From contig OZ287083.1 in NCBI GenBank assembly GCA_965645245.1, positions 1,302,001-1,366,000 on the forward strand: a DNA stretch of 64,000 bases, read 5' to 3'. The stretch's first letter is position 1. Every line of letters begins with the position of its first letter. A program made the position numbers and the translations under genes. This document shows positions 37,780 to 50,498 of this stretch, piece after piece. The stretch comes from Massalongia carnosa. Taxonomy: Eukaryota. Under the pieces are notes generated by a model that did not search any database, was not told the origin of the DNA, and worked only from the letters and a program-made list of their open reading frames with translations.

Positions 37780-40286
37780 GATGATGATGATGATGATTCT
37801 TATTCCGATGTGGTACCGGCCGAAGGCCGGCCCATGCGGGCGAGTCTATCTAGTTTTATAGTACATGGAAAACCTTTTGAGGAAGAAAAACCATGCAATC
37901 CTGTGTCCAGCCGAGGACCCTCCAGGTCCCAGCCGTATGCTCCATGAAAAACCTTTGACCTAAGACAAGTATGAAAAATGAAACAAAGCATGCCTACTGT
38001 TAGCAGTATAGATGCTGTGCTGTCAGCGAAAATTGTGATAACAAACCTGTCTTCATTAGCCACTTTGTGACTAATTTCATTGCTTTAGATGATTCAATGA
38101 TTAATCGATAGTTGCTTGTGCCTATCGTATTTAGCAGAGTTTTTCTGTTGTCGTTGAGTTTGCAAAACATGATCACATGTTTTGCAGTCTGTTTGTGCCA
38201 GCCACATGAGCAGTTCGGGGACGAGACGTCTGGGACTCGGTGTCTATGTAGGAAGGCGGCTAGGCCTATCTTTTCTGAGCGTATCTGAATGGCTAGCGCA
38301 CTCTCCGCTTTGGCTAGAGTTTCGTGCAATTTGATGCGTTTTTTGGAGAGTGAACCTGATTGTGCCGGGGTGGGAACGGGTGTGCGTTCCTGATATGATC
38401 TCCACGAGGCCTGCCATGCAAATGTGTGTAGTTTTTTTATTTGAGCAGTTATTTTGTTATGAGCGGCGCGTGCCTCCCCTATTTCTCGGGCGAGATTCGG
38501 GGGGGATTCGGCCCATGGTGGATTTGGTGTCGGTGTTGGAGGGTTATGTGCCTCCGCTGTGATTCTCTTGGCCCAGGCGTATTTCAGCGTTCCTGGAGTG
38601 ATGACTGGGGCCCTCTAGCGTCCTGCCCGACCTCGAAGTTTATTGGCTATTTTGTTGCATGCATTTGTGATGAAACTCTTTTGACCATTTCGACACAGGC
38701 GTTGTCTGGTCTGGGCCTGTAGTTGATCTAAATGAATGTCAATTGAGGCTATAAATGTCTCTGCTTCTAGTACAGCTATGGGCGTTGCTTTGAAGGCTCC
38801 GGCTATGTTTCTTAGACATTTGTTTTGTATGACAGCCAGTTTGTTTGAGATGACGTTTGATTTTTGAATTTCTTTTGGCATGTGCCAAATGGTAGAGCCG
38901 TACGTCATGGCCGGCCGGACTACGGTGGTGTGAACCTGGCGTGCCTTTAGAAGAGTGGCGCCCCATGTGGAGGTGGATATTTTTGTCAATGCCCTGGATT
39001 GTTTTGTCATTTTTTCCTGGATTTTCCTTGTGTGAGCACCCCATTTCAATTTTGAATCGATTTGAAGTCCTAGAATTCTGATGTCTGTCTTTGGTTTTAT
39101 GATGTTATTTCCTATTTGAATAACAGTGAACATGTTGAATTTCTTCGGATTTCTTGACAGATGTATCAATTCGTATTTCTTCGGAGCGAAGACTGAACCA
39201 TGTCGACTTGCCCATTTTTCACATTTTTTGTGAATTACCTCTAGCGTCTTGCAATTTTCTTCGGTGCTTTTTCCGTATGCTAGCACATTGATGTCATCTA
39301 CGAAGCCTAGAGCACTCGTGTTGCTGCCTGGTCTTTCACATATGTCTAGTAGGTCTGCATTGTAGAACAGATAAAGAATAGGAGAAATGGGGGAGCCTTG
39401 TGGGATTCCGGTTTTTACATCGAATATGCCCGTGACTCGGCTGTGAATCGCCAGGGTAGTGCTTCTTTCATTTAGAAAACTGTTCACCCAGTCAGTGATC
39501 CATTTTGGGATTTTCCTTTTGCGAAGATTGTGAATCAGTCTTCGATGTGTCACTGTGTCATAGGCTCCTGCTACGTCCATGCTCAATAATGTGGCTACTT
39601 TGTCTGTGCCTTGGCCCCACACTGTATAAATTTGTTCAGTCAACAATTCTAGTGCAGATTCGGTTGATCTTCCTCGTCTGGCGCCCATCTGGGTGTCGGG
39701 CAGGAGTCGGTGGGTTTCCGCTAGATGGGTTATTTTTTGTGACATGATGGATTCCATTACTTTTCCAAGCGTGTTTTGGAGTGCTATGGGTCGATAGGCG
39801 TTCGGGGCCGAATAGTCATCCTTGCCTGTTTTCTTGAGCGTGATTGTGTTGGCGGTTTTGAATGCACGAGGATGATATGCTTGTTCTACACATGCTTGAA
39901 ACAGTGGGGTGAGTAATTCGACTAGCTTTTCCGAGCATGCCTTTACAATTCTGTTGGCTATTCCGTCCGGACCCGGGGCCGTATCGGGCTTGAGTCGGCG
40001 TATAGCTTCCATCACCTCTAGTTTGGTTATGATCATTGGACATTGTGGCGGGCTGCGGTAAAATGAACCCTCTATGTCGCTGAGGTCGGCCGGAGGGGCG
40101 GGTGGAAAGAATTTCTGTTTTAGCATGTCCGATTTCTCCTCGAACGTCTCTGCTACTTGGTCGTCTCGAACGAGATTGGGCATTTTGGGAATTTCTCTTG
40201 TCTGGTCACTTTTGTCTTTCGCCCATTTGGCTAGTCGCCAGAGACCAGTAGGCGATTCGGTGGCTTTTTCTATTTCCTTGCGGAAC
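37780..40286 (-). mobile_element. 5'-truncated non-LTR retrotransposon (Tad-clade LINE) with (CAT)n tail and 14-bp TSD
   Basis: GGCCGACCGGCTAT at 37766-37779 and 40287-40300; tail ATGATG.. at 37778-37797; RT ORF inside. Confidence 0.93.
38000..40285 (-). pseudogene. LINE ORF2 fragment (RT plus C-terminal Cys/His knuckle) with one in-frame TAG at 38615-38617
   Basis: APGPDG, YRPIAL, QMGARRGRST, DVAGAYD, GIPQGSPISPILYLFY, FVDD, ILGLQID; the same frame continues after the stop to CSCG..QTAKHVIMFC; endonuclease and ORF1 absent. Confidence 0.9.
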
Positions 40287-41275
40287 GGCCGACCGGCTAT
40301 TGGTTTTTGATTATTTTTCTCTTTCTCTTTTCCTTCTTCCTCTATTGATTCTGTTTCCGCTTCGGGGTTTTCCCTCGGATTTGATTAATGATGTCTCTTG
40401 AAGCCTTGGAGTTCGAAGGTTGGGCAAAGAAGGGGCAGAAACAAGATGAATGAATGAATGGATTGGGACGGCGATGATGAATAAAGGTGAGAAGGACCGA
40501 AGGAGGAAGAAGACAGTAGGAAGTAGGATGAAGGACATTGGACGAATAAATGGAAGATATTGGCGGATCATGGACAGAAAGGGATGAAGAAACACGAGAT
40601 GCGAGATGCGAGATGAAGAATGACCGATGAGAGATGACGGACTCAGATCATTATACCTTTAGCTAATCAGCGGGCTTGGGTTTTGGACTTGGATTTGTAC
40701 ACGTATATTCTTCCTCGCGCATTCATTCACTCGCTGATTGACTTCATAACTTCTGATAATTCTGAAGATTTGAAGAAATTTTTCCGATAAACATTCTGAT
40801 AATTAAGTTATTTCTGATTCTGATATTATTCAACAACTATGAACTAAAATTTAACTACAAGGTACACAAAAACAAAGAAAAGAACAACCTGTCGCCGATC
40901 CTCTGAACATGGCGTGCATGGTTCGTCGTGTCTAGCAATGCGCTATCGCTTAGGCGAGTTACTGTCTCGTGATCGAATCAGAACATGTCAGACACTTAAA
41001 GATGAAAATGCAAAAGCCGATACGTAAGCAATGCTTTCTGGTATGATTCGACAACAACTTTTGAAACTGAATAGATAAGATGTACCGTCGTTCTCTGGCT
41101 TCATTTCATCTCACTTATTATCCTTGATTACTGAGTTCCCAGCTCCTTCCAATCGTGATTGGTTTATGTTCGAGCTCAAGTAGACAACTCTCTCGGGCAA
41201 ACCTTTGAGGTCACTTGGATCCACGAGGATGATGGTTTTGTTACGCTCCATTATTCGGTCCTCCTTCGTACGGGC

Positions 41276-42082
41276 TTACCTTGTTAGGGTCGTTCGGGGG
41301 GTAATTAAACGGACGTCTACATGACAATCCATGAAGTTTGAATTCAGGGGGGAGTCTTGAGCACTAGATTTCTAAGCAACACCATTATCAGCACATTGTG
41401 TTCTTCAAAATGTTTAGATGTTGAAGAGTTGTGCTCGTTTTAACTTACCTTAGTGCCTTTACAGCAAAAAACGTTCCATTTGTTGGCACAAGGGCCAGGA
41501 ATTGCCCACGCAGCTGAACGCGAGTGTCGGTGTCTCAATATGTACAATGATGCGGATAGGTATACATACTCTGTGAGCACTGATCTACATTCCACTCATA
41601 CACATTCATAGGTAGCCATGGAACAGGTTCCCTGATGCAGCAAATGGGGCTGTAAACAAAACTTTCATCGTCAGGATTATACTTCTTACAGTTTACCGGA
41701 CCGTTCGGAGTGAACGGCTCGTTTTGGGGTGAAGGATATGGACCCGAGTCCACACCAGCGCCAGGAGGGTAGAGTATACGCATTATGTCATTGTATATCA
41801 CACCGGCCACTCCAAGCGGCGACAACAGTGACTCGCCAGTGTCGAGCGCTATAAGGTTTTCATTGAAAAACTCAGGTGGAGAGTTTGTCTTATCGCTGGC
41901 AGGCGTAAAAGTAAGATCTTCAATGCCGTTATTTTCGATGGGTAAGGAGGAAGGAGTTGAAATGCTATTGGCGTCCGGAAGTTCTACATTGTTGCCGACG
42001 AGAGAGTCTTGTGATGAATCTTCAAAGCCATTTTTTCGATGGCGACTGCAAAGCCCGCAACACAAAAAAGTAATTTAATCAT
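41276..42082 (-). CDS. Hydrophobin-like 8-Cys secreted protein; exons 42082-41570, 41513-41449, 41371-41276; apparent 1-nt frameshift in the A6 run at 42031-42036
   Basis: The spliced product gives C-X15-CC-X19-C-X10-C-X7-CC-X19-C; signal-like MIKLLFCVAGFAVA; introns GTATGT..CAG and GTAAGT..TAG are in phase. Confidence 0.6.
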
Positions 42083-44854
42083 TTATTTTTTCAAGTCCTA
42101 AATCCAAGAACGAACATCAAAAAAGAGAATTCATGCTGTGTTATAGTAACTTAAGGTTAGCAAATACGACTGAACTCTCCGGTAGTCTTTTTCATCAACG
42201 GCTTGGAGAAGCTTTCATCAAGACGCTTGACTCGTTTCAGAATTCTAGTAACCTTCATCCACACTCCCCGTCTCCTGATGTATACTCCCACGAGTATCTA
42301 CCTTTTCCTCGCTTTCTCATTTATGAAGACGTCTGCAAGTAGCATTATCGAGGCACGCTTTACACACACACATCGGACTAATATGTCAGTCGGCCGCCTG
42401 GCGAATGAATGAAGATAGAGTCCTATGGACAAGCGGCATAAAGTTGAGTCAAGCCTAATCAAGGTTTTTTTTTTTGCTGTTTGACACGACAGATAGAAAG
42501 TCATCAACAAACAGCCTGCAAGGCAGCTGGCACTGATAAACTTTAATCGCTATTAGCTATAACTCAACTACAAAGAGCGAAAACAACTGCCGGCTTCGAC
42601 CTCTTGAAGATAATCCATTGTGGCGTGCTGGCTAGCCAACCGAGGAGCGACACGCTGCAACATGACTACAATTAGCCACCTAGATATTTTAAGCAGGGCG
42701 CATGCCAGCTAGCTTGTCAGCTGAATGTCAGGCCTCAAGATATCAGCTTGAGTGGTGGCTAGTTCGACCGGCACAGCTCCACTTTTCCGCCTTGACAGTA
42801 ACCTGTTATGCTTACGAACAGCTAACATGCTAAACGATATTAGTTAACATAAGGTGTCAGTAGATATCTCTGCCACAGAAGCACGGAATTCTGAACAAAA
42901 ACAACTCGAAGATAGTCCAATAGCCTTAAACCCCGAATTGTCGCTATATCATCAAAGGAATGCTTCAACCACTTGTTCAGAGATGGCCGGAAAGAACAAA
43001 AAAGCTATGAGGATGACGTGACTGCTGCTCGAGCGATATGACAGGATCCAGAATGCTTTGGATCGAATCCGGCTCTGCCTCGCATGAGTTCTCGAGGCAG
43101 AAACGTAAAATAGCTCTTGTGCATGGAGTCGGTAGCCCAAATAGCTGCACGGTGTATCTTATCTAAATGCCTTTCAACTCGGCATACTTTGTCTCAGAAC
43201 CTTGCTAAACGTAAGTGACTTTGCTGTTGATGAGGTCGAGGAGACTGTACAAGCTGTGATTTCATTTACGCTGGGTGGAATCTGAGATCTCTTTGCAGAC
43301 GTCTTTGGGGGGTAAAAAAACAAAAAACAGAAAAGATGAATGCATTATGTCGCTGAACTGAAAAAAAGAATAAAGTAAAACGAAGATGATTTCGTTGAAA
43401 AAAAGCGATAAATCATTCTGAGGAAAAGGTGAACAGGGAAAAACCTCGAAAGCAGATGAACGGATTAAGAACACGTCAATGAATAGTGTTGAGCAAAAGA
43501 GAAAAAAAGGTCATCAAAACAGCGATAGAACGAAAGAAAGTCTACAAAACCCCCCGATCAAACCCGTGTTTTATACACCAGTCTCAACTGCTTTTCTAAA
43601 ATTTGAAAAAGGATTCACCCGATTGCTCCCAGCGCCAGAGCGAACACACCGATAACGCACTCATATCCACAAAGCGAGAGGCTCAGTATCTTATTGTACT
43701 CGATGCGCCCCAATTCTTTAACCGTTGCCCATGAGATAAAACAACGCCGGACAGGGGCGAGGGACACTCGTTAGGTACGGCTCGTCTAGTTTAGCTGGCA
43801 AAAACGGATTAACTACGCCATAGAAATTCTCTCTCTCCGAACCGGAAAACGGTGCAAAAGAAAAAAAATCATGACGGGCGGGGGAGGCACGGAGGTCGCG
43901 GGAAAAACCAAGATGAGACTGCGTCGCAAAACACTCGCTGTCGGGGGTAGCAATGTATAGTATCGAAATTGTCGTCGTAAGACGGATAGATCTCATAGAA
44001 GGAATACTGTCGATCACCCCCTTTGAGGAAGACTTTTCCCAAAAACAAGCCTAAAATCCCTCACTCAATACGTGTCCAGCGAAGAGCCCGTTTAATAAAC
44101 GATATACTCATGGTTCAATTACCAGATCGAGATGTGGCACTTTGAGGTGGAAATCAATAAGGCTTTAGACGTTAGTTAAGGGGGGGGTTTATGCATTTAT
44201 ATCATTAGTCTTGGAATATGTACATTAGCGAAACTACCACCTAGGTAGTTAGTAAGAACCAAAGAAACGAAAATGAAAAGAAATGAAATAAGTATTATAC
44301 CCCGTCCCCCACCACCCCCCCCCCTTGGTTTATAATCCCTTCCTCGCCTCTATCTCTCGAAATTTCTTCGTCTCCTTATCCTCCCATGCCTCCCACGTCT
44401 CTCCTGCCACAACCAAAGCCACAGCTATAGCCCAACGGCAACATCTCCTGCTCTCCTCTCCTCTCCTCTCCTAACTTAACCGACTGCCGACTTGCCGACG
44501 CCCGTCGTTGCCGTCATCCGCTCCCCTTTTTGTGTTTCCGGCAACTGAGCAGCTTAACAGCGTGCGTACGCAATCCGTATCTTCCGTCTGCTTGGCTTCC
44601 CCTGTCTATCTATCCATTTCTCTAAGTGTGCATATAGCCGGAGGTGCGAGGAAGGCGGGCATGGGTTTCTCTAGGGGCCTGTGGTTAACTTAGGAGCGTG
44701 GGTAGAGCGTGCGAGCAGCTCGCTCCCGGTTTGCAGTTTGGTGGTGGAAGATAAGTGTTTTATTGAAGGTACTGTATTTCAGCCAGAGCGGAGATAGGCT
44801 TCTGGAGTCTGTGGACGACTTTGACAGAATTAAATAAGAAAATATTGCGGTTCC

Positions 44855-46153
44855 TCATCCAGCCCCTGCGGAGGCTAGGGTAAGGCTGGATAGTCCATCG
44901 AATGATAGCATGACAATCTCCTCTGGCGCTGGACCCGCCTCCTCAGCGCCAAGGGCGATTTCCAGCTTCGGCCGGGACTTGTTCAGACCTTCGAGAAGCA
45001 TGCATGCCTTGCAGATCTCCTGACTGGCTAAATACCCGCAACGCACGCAGCGACCCATTTTCTGCTGGGGAAGCTTTCTTGTTTTGCGCGCGAAGTTATT
45101 GGTGGTGTAGTTTCTAACAGCAGGGGCAAGAGCTTCCATGGTCACTTCGGTTTCGTTTCCCACCGCCTGCTCGTCTGCCTGTAAGGACTTCTCCATATTA
45201 GCCATTTCGCCCCCGCTACTTCTTCCGTTGGTGCTTCCGCATCCTCCGCCACCATCCGCTTCTATGTCAATCATCAGCGCCAGCTTCGCCCTGTCACTGT
45301 TGCAGCTCCCTCCCCCCGTGACCTCCTCCGGCACTAGCCTTGCCATATCTTCTCCGCTTCTGACCACATCCAGAATCGCACTCGGACGGATGCGCTCCAA
45401 GCTCTTGATCAACGTCCTTGCGCTCCCCCGGAAGGCCTCCGGGCTGTAGATGCACTCGGTCGTGAAGTAGTCCAGCCGCTTATGATGCGCATACAGCACA
45501 ATCTCCTTCTCGTACGCATACTTAAGCGGCTTGCTCCGCTTGATATCGCTTGCTGTACTGGCCGTCACGATGCTCGTCGCCCGCGCCAGCCGCGGCAGGT
45601 CTCCCCGCAGCAGGTTCATCAGCACCGTCTCCGCGATATCGTCAGCGTTGTGACCCGTCACGACATGGGTGATACCTAGGCGGGCGGCGCCGCGGTCAAG
45701 GGCTTGCCTCCGAAATACTCCGCAATAGGTGCAATTGCCCTTTTTGCCGATCTGCGCGACAACTTGGTCCATCGTCCAGCCGTAGAGTTCGTCATAGCCG
45801 ACGATTTCAAGGGGCATGTCGTACTGGACGGCATTTCGCTTCACGGTCTCGAGGCTATCGTCTCGGTAGCCTTTGATGCCTTCGTCAATGGAGAGGAGGA
45901 CAAGGTTCAGACCGTAGTTGTAGCGTTCGTTGAGGGTTTTCAGCACCGAGGCTAGCACGGTCGAGTCTTTACCTCCGGAGGCTCCAATGGCAATTCGCTC
46001 ACCGGGAGAAAATAGTGCATTTGCAGTGACGGTATTGTGGATTTCGGTTTCAAAGAGGGTGATGAAGCATGATCTGCAGAGTTTCTGGTGGTTCTTTGGG
46101 CGGACGATGAGAGCTCGAGAAGTTTGGCAGAGGGCGCATGGAGTTGGTGCCAT
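44855..46153 (-). CDS. NCS6: Cytoplasmic tRNA 2-thiolation protein 1 (Ncs6/Ctu1)
   Basis: N-terminal CxxC pairs, PP-loop [35 protein letters not shown]-terminal CxRCG..CKAC. Confidence 0.96.
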   Translation of the reverse strand: MAPTPCALCQTSRALIVRPKNHQKLCRSCFITLFETEIHNTVTANALFSPGERIAIGASGGKDSTVLASVLKTLNERYNYGLNLVLLSIDEGIKGYRDDSLETVKRNAVQYDMPLEIVGYDELYGWTMDQVVAQIGKKGNCTYCGVFRRQALDRGAARLGITHVVTGHNADDIAETVLMNLLRGDLPRLARATSIVTASTASDIKRSKPLKYAYEKEIVLYAHHKRLDYFTTECIYSPEAFRGSARTLIKSLERIRPSAILDVVRSGEDMARLVPEEVTGGGSCNSDRAKLALMIDIEADGGGGCGSTNGRSSGGEMANMEKSLQADEQAVGNETEVTMEALAPAVRNYTTNNFARKTRKLPQQKMGRCVRCGYLASQEICKACMLLEGLNKSRPKLEIALGAEEAGPAPEEIVMLSFDGLSSLTLASAGAG

Positions 46154-46459
46154 GAGTGTTGAGGAAAGGAGGAATCAGGACCATTTCTAAGAAACAGAGT
46201 CATGCATAGGTATGATGGCAACTATATTTGAGGTTACTTAATCTGGAATTTCTTTTGTGGTGCTAGAAGATGTCGTGCATCACGTGCGGTATTCTAGCTG
46301 AGCGTGTATGGTGCTCACGTGACTTTTCTAACCTTATCTACCCCTTAGATGACATTTTACTTCTCCCATTCATACATGCAACCACTGGCTAGAGAAAGGG
46401 TGTCATCCATCTGAATATAAGGAGTCATCCTATAAGCCTAGATCAGTTTTTTTTTGCTC

Positions 46460-46510
46460 CCCCCGCCCCGCCCCGCCCCGCCCCACCCCACCCCACCCCA
46501 CCCCACCCCA
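46460..46510. repeat. (CCCCG)n/(CCCCA)n pentamer run, G-quadruplex-capable on the minus strand
   Basis: About 10 pentamer units seen directly. Confidence 0.9.
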
Positions 46511-48016
46511 CAGTTATAATAAACACCATCCACTCTCATCTCCTCCAACCTCCATACCCTCCTAACTAACTCCATCCTCGCCCCAAGATCCCCAAAACCC
46601 CATACCTGTCGAATCCTGCAAGAGAGATCGGAGAAAAGAAAGTACCAGCTGCGCAGCTGCGTGTCTCGCTCTCACCCGCCGCTTTGAAAAAAATTGCCGG
46701 GCGAGAGCGCCTTGCCTGAAGAAGAAAAAGCCGTCATCGATCGATCGATCGGTTGACCGCTTAGGCCAGAACGAGATCTCTCGCTCTTACCCCACCCCCC
46801 TTCTTTCGGTAAAGAACGTATGTGGCGGAAACGAAACAACGGGATGAATAAACGATAGCCAGCCAGCCAGCCTTCGGAAAAGCCATAGCGTGGGAAGAAA
46901 GTGGGGGAGAAGAAGACGAAGGTATCACAATCCATGACCAGGTGGGCTTGCGTTGCGGGGAAAGTAATTTTGTTTTTGGGGGGGAGGACGGAACGGGAGA
47001 CCGAACCCAAAACCGAAAAGAGAGTGAAGGGAAAGTAACATGATTGACGGTCTCGAAGTAAAACCCGAAAGCGGGCAGGCGGGTTAAGGGTTGGGCAAAA
47101 GGAAACAACGGACCCAGGGAAAACTGAACCGAGCCTTTGGTGAAGTACTCATGTCACCTCGAAGTGCTCGGTTTTTTTGGTACACCAACCTAAATAAAAA
47201 AACCGAGCCTTTTGACGGACACGAGTAGGTTTGCACGTACCTATGTACCTCTGTACGTACACACATCCAGAGTGCCCAATGCTAGGAGTTGGTTTCCGAG
47301 GAACAGATACGAGGTGGGGAAGCGTGGGGGGTTTGGTGTGGGACGGGTAGACAGAAGGATGTGAAAGAAGCATGCATGGAAGGATCCCACGCCTGAGATG
47401 GGTGAGTGCCGATGATGGTGGGGGGAAAAAGGAAATAAAAGAAACAAAAATATAAACGCCATTCTGGGCACTGAAGAGTGTGTACAGAGTGTGATGGAGA
47501 TGAAAACGGAAATACGGTGTGTTTTTGCAATCTGGAACAGGTGCATTTGGGTAAACTGGGTCTCCATGAAGGCAATACGAACCGGAGGCATACATCATGT
47601 CCAATAAATTCAAAGAAGCGGATTCTAATGGCTCCAATCCTCAGCGAATGGTGGCAGCCCAAGGTCTCAAAAGGGATACCTGGACGGAAAGCTCTATCTA
47701 AATGATTCCCCTAAATACACTTTTGAAGCTGGAAGGAGACTTGTACCCCTCGCCAGGATCACAGGAAGGCCTTATTTCTTCAAAGCGATCTTTGCTCGAC
47801 CTCGAGTCCATGTACTGTTGGAAACCACGCGAAGGAAACGGCACCAATGAAAGAAGAAAAAAGCAATCATAGACGGAAGAAGCCAGGCCCTCGTCGCTTT
47901 TGTTTGCTCCACCCTAGCGTCGGCACCACTCAGCCACTGCCTACGAGCTTAAGAAGGAAGTAGGAAAAAAGCAAAATAGAACGGTACAGAACAAAAAAGT
48001 AAAAACCGTCGAGATC

Positions 48017-48324
48017 GGAGACCAAAATGCCGTCCATGCAGTGAGCCATCGTGCTGTGTGCCGATGCGGAGGCCAAAATGCCATACCGTAAAGCTCAAGG
48101 TATAAATGCGCCACCCCCACACCTCCGCCATCCCCACCCAAAAGCTCCATGGTTTAGTAAGCCCCCTTGTGGAGGCCAAAATGCCATCCACGTATAATGT
48201 CATATGCCAGATTGATTCTCAAAAAAGCAAACGCACCCTAGCAGCATGAATCATGAACGCCGACGGAGACCAAAATGCCTCGTATATCATGAACACACTC
48301 GTCAAAAATGGAGACCAAAATGTC
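48017..48324. repeat. Spaced direct repeats GGAG[A/G]CCAAAATG[C/T]C x5
   Basis: Copies start at 48017, 48068, 48171, 48265, 48310. Confidence 0.85.
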
Positions 48325-48778
48325 ATCCATGGTTACCAGTGGTAGTAACCAAAACAAAGCGCCCGGGTAGGATATTCCATGAGGCTACCGTGAAAACAAA
48401 ACGCTTCCGCTGGATTTGGGCGAATAGCTCCGAAAAGGATAGGTATATAACTTTTGGTGGCAATCCAGATTGCAGGGACGTATCGTCGTGGAGTCGTTAG
48501 AAGGGCGGGTGGAACGGATTTATACACGTAAGAGATTTGACAAGAAGAAAAGAATTATGGGTTGATACGATGGTACCAAACCCTAAAGGTAACGCGGGAT
48601 GATGGAGAAACGTTTACCGAGATTGAATACAGGACGAGCCTTGATCCATGTACTGGGAATGGTCCCCCGGCGTAGATGCACTGCTCGGCGGGTCGGTCCA
48701 AATTAGATAGATCCAGGTATTGCAACATGAACTGGATGGGGGATCATGTATGATGCGTAAAGGGAGGTCTGGTCAGCC

Positions 48779-50282
<1,504 letters not shown>

Positions 50283-50498
50283 TGAGTATCATCCAACGTT
50301 ACTTTATGTTGGAGACTTGGTAGATGGAGCGGGGCGTGGGCAACGGGGGGGTAAATTGGGTTGCGCGGCGGGAGTTGGTCAACCCAAACACTTGGTAGAG
50401 AGGATCGAGGGGTAAGGTAGGCACGTTGGGTGACAGTAGACAATATCGAGCTCGGGTAGTACAACGACGACGACGACACACGCATCGACACATACACG

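Noticed and set aside
38615..38617. Programmed stop-codon read-through in LINE ORF2
   Set aside because: The copy is 5'-truncated and non-autonomous, so a simple nonsense mutation is more parsimonious; comparing sister copies would settle it.
48017..48324. CRISPR array interpretation
   Set aside because: Fungal context, only five 15-bp repeats, irregular spacing and no cas genes; kept as a repeat finding instead.
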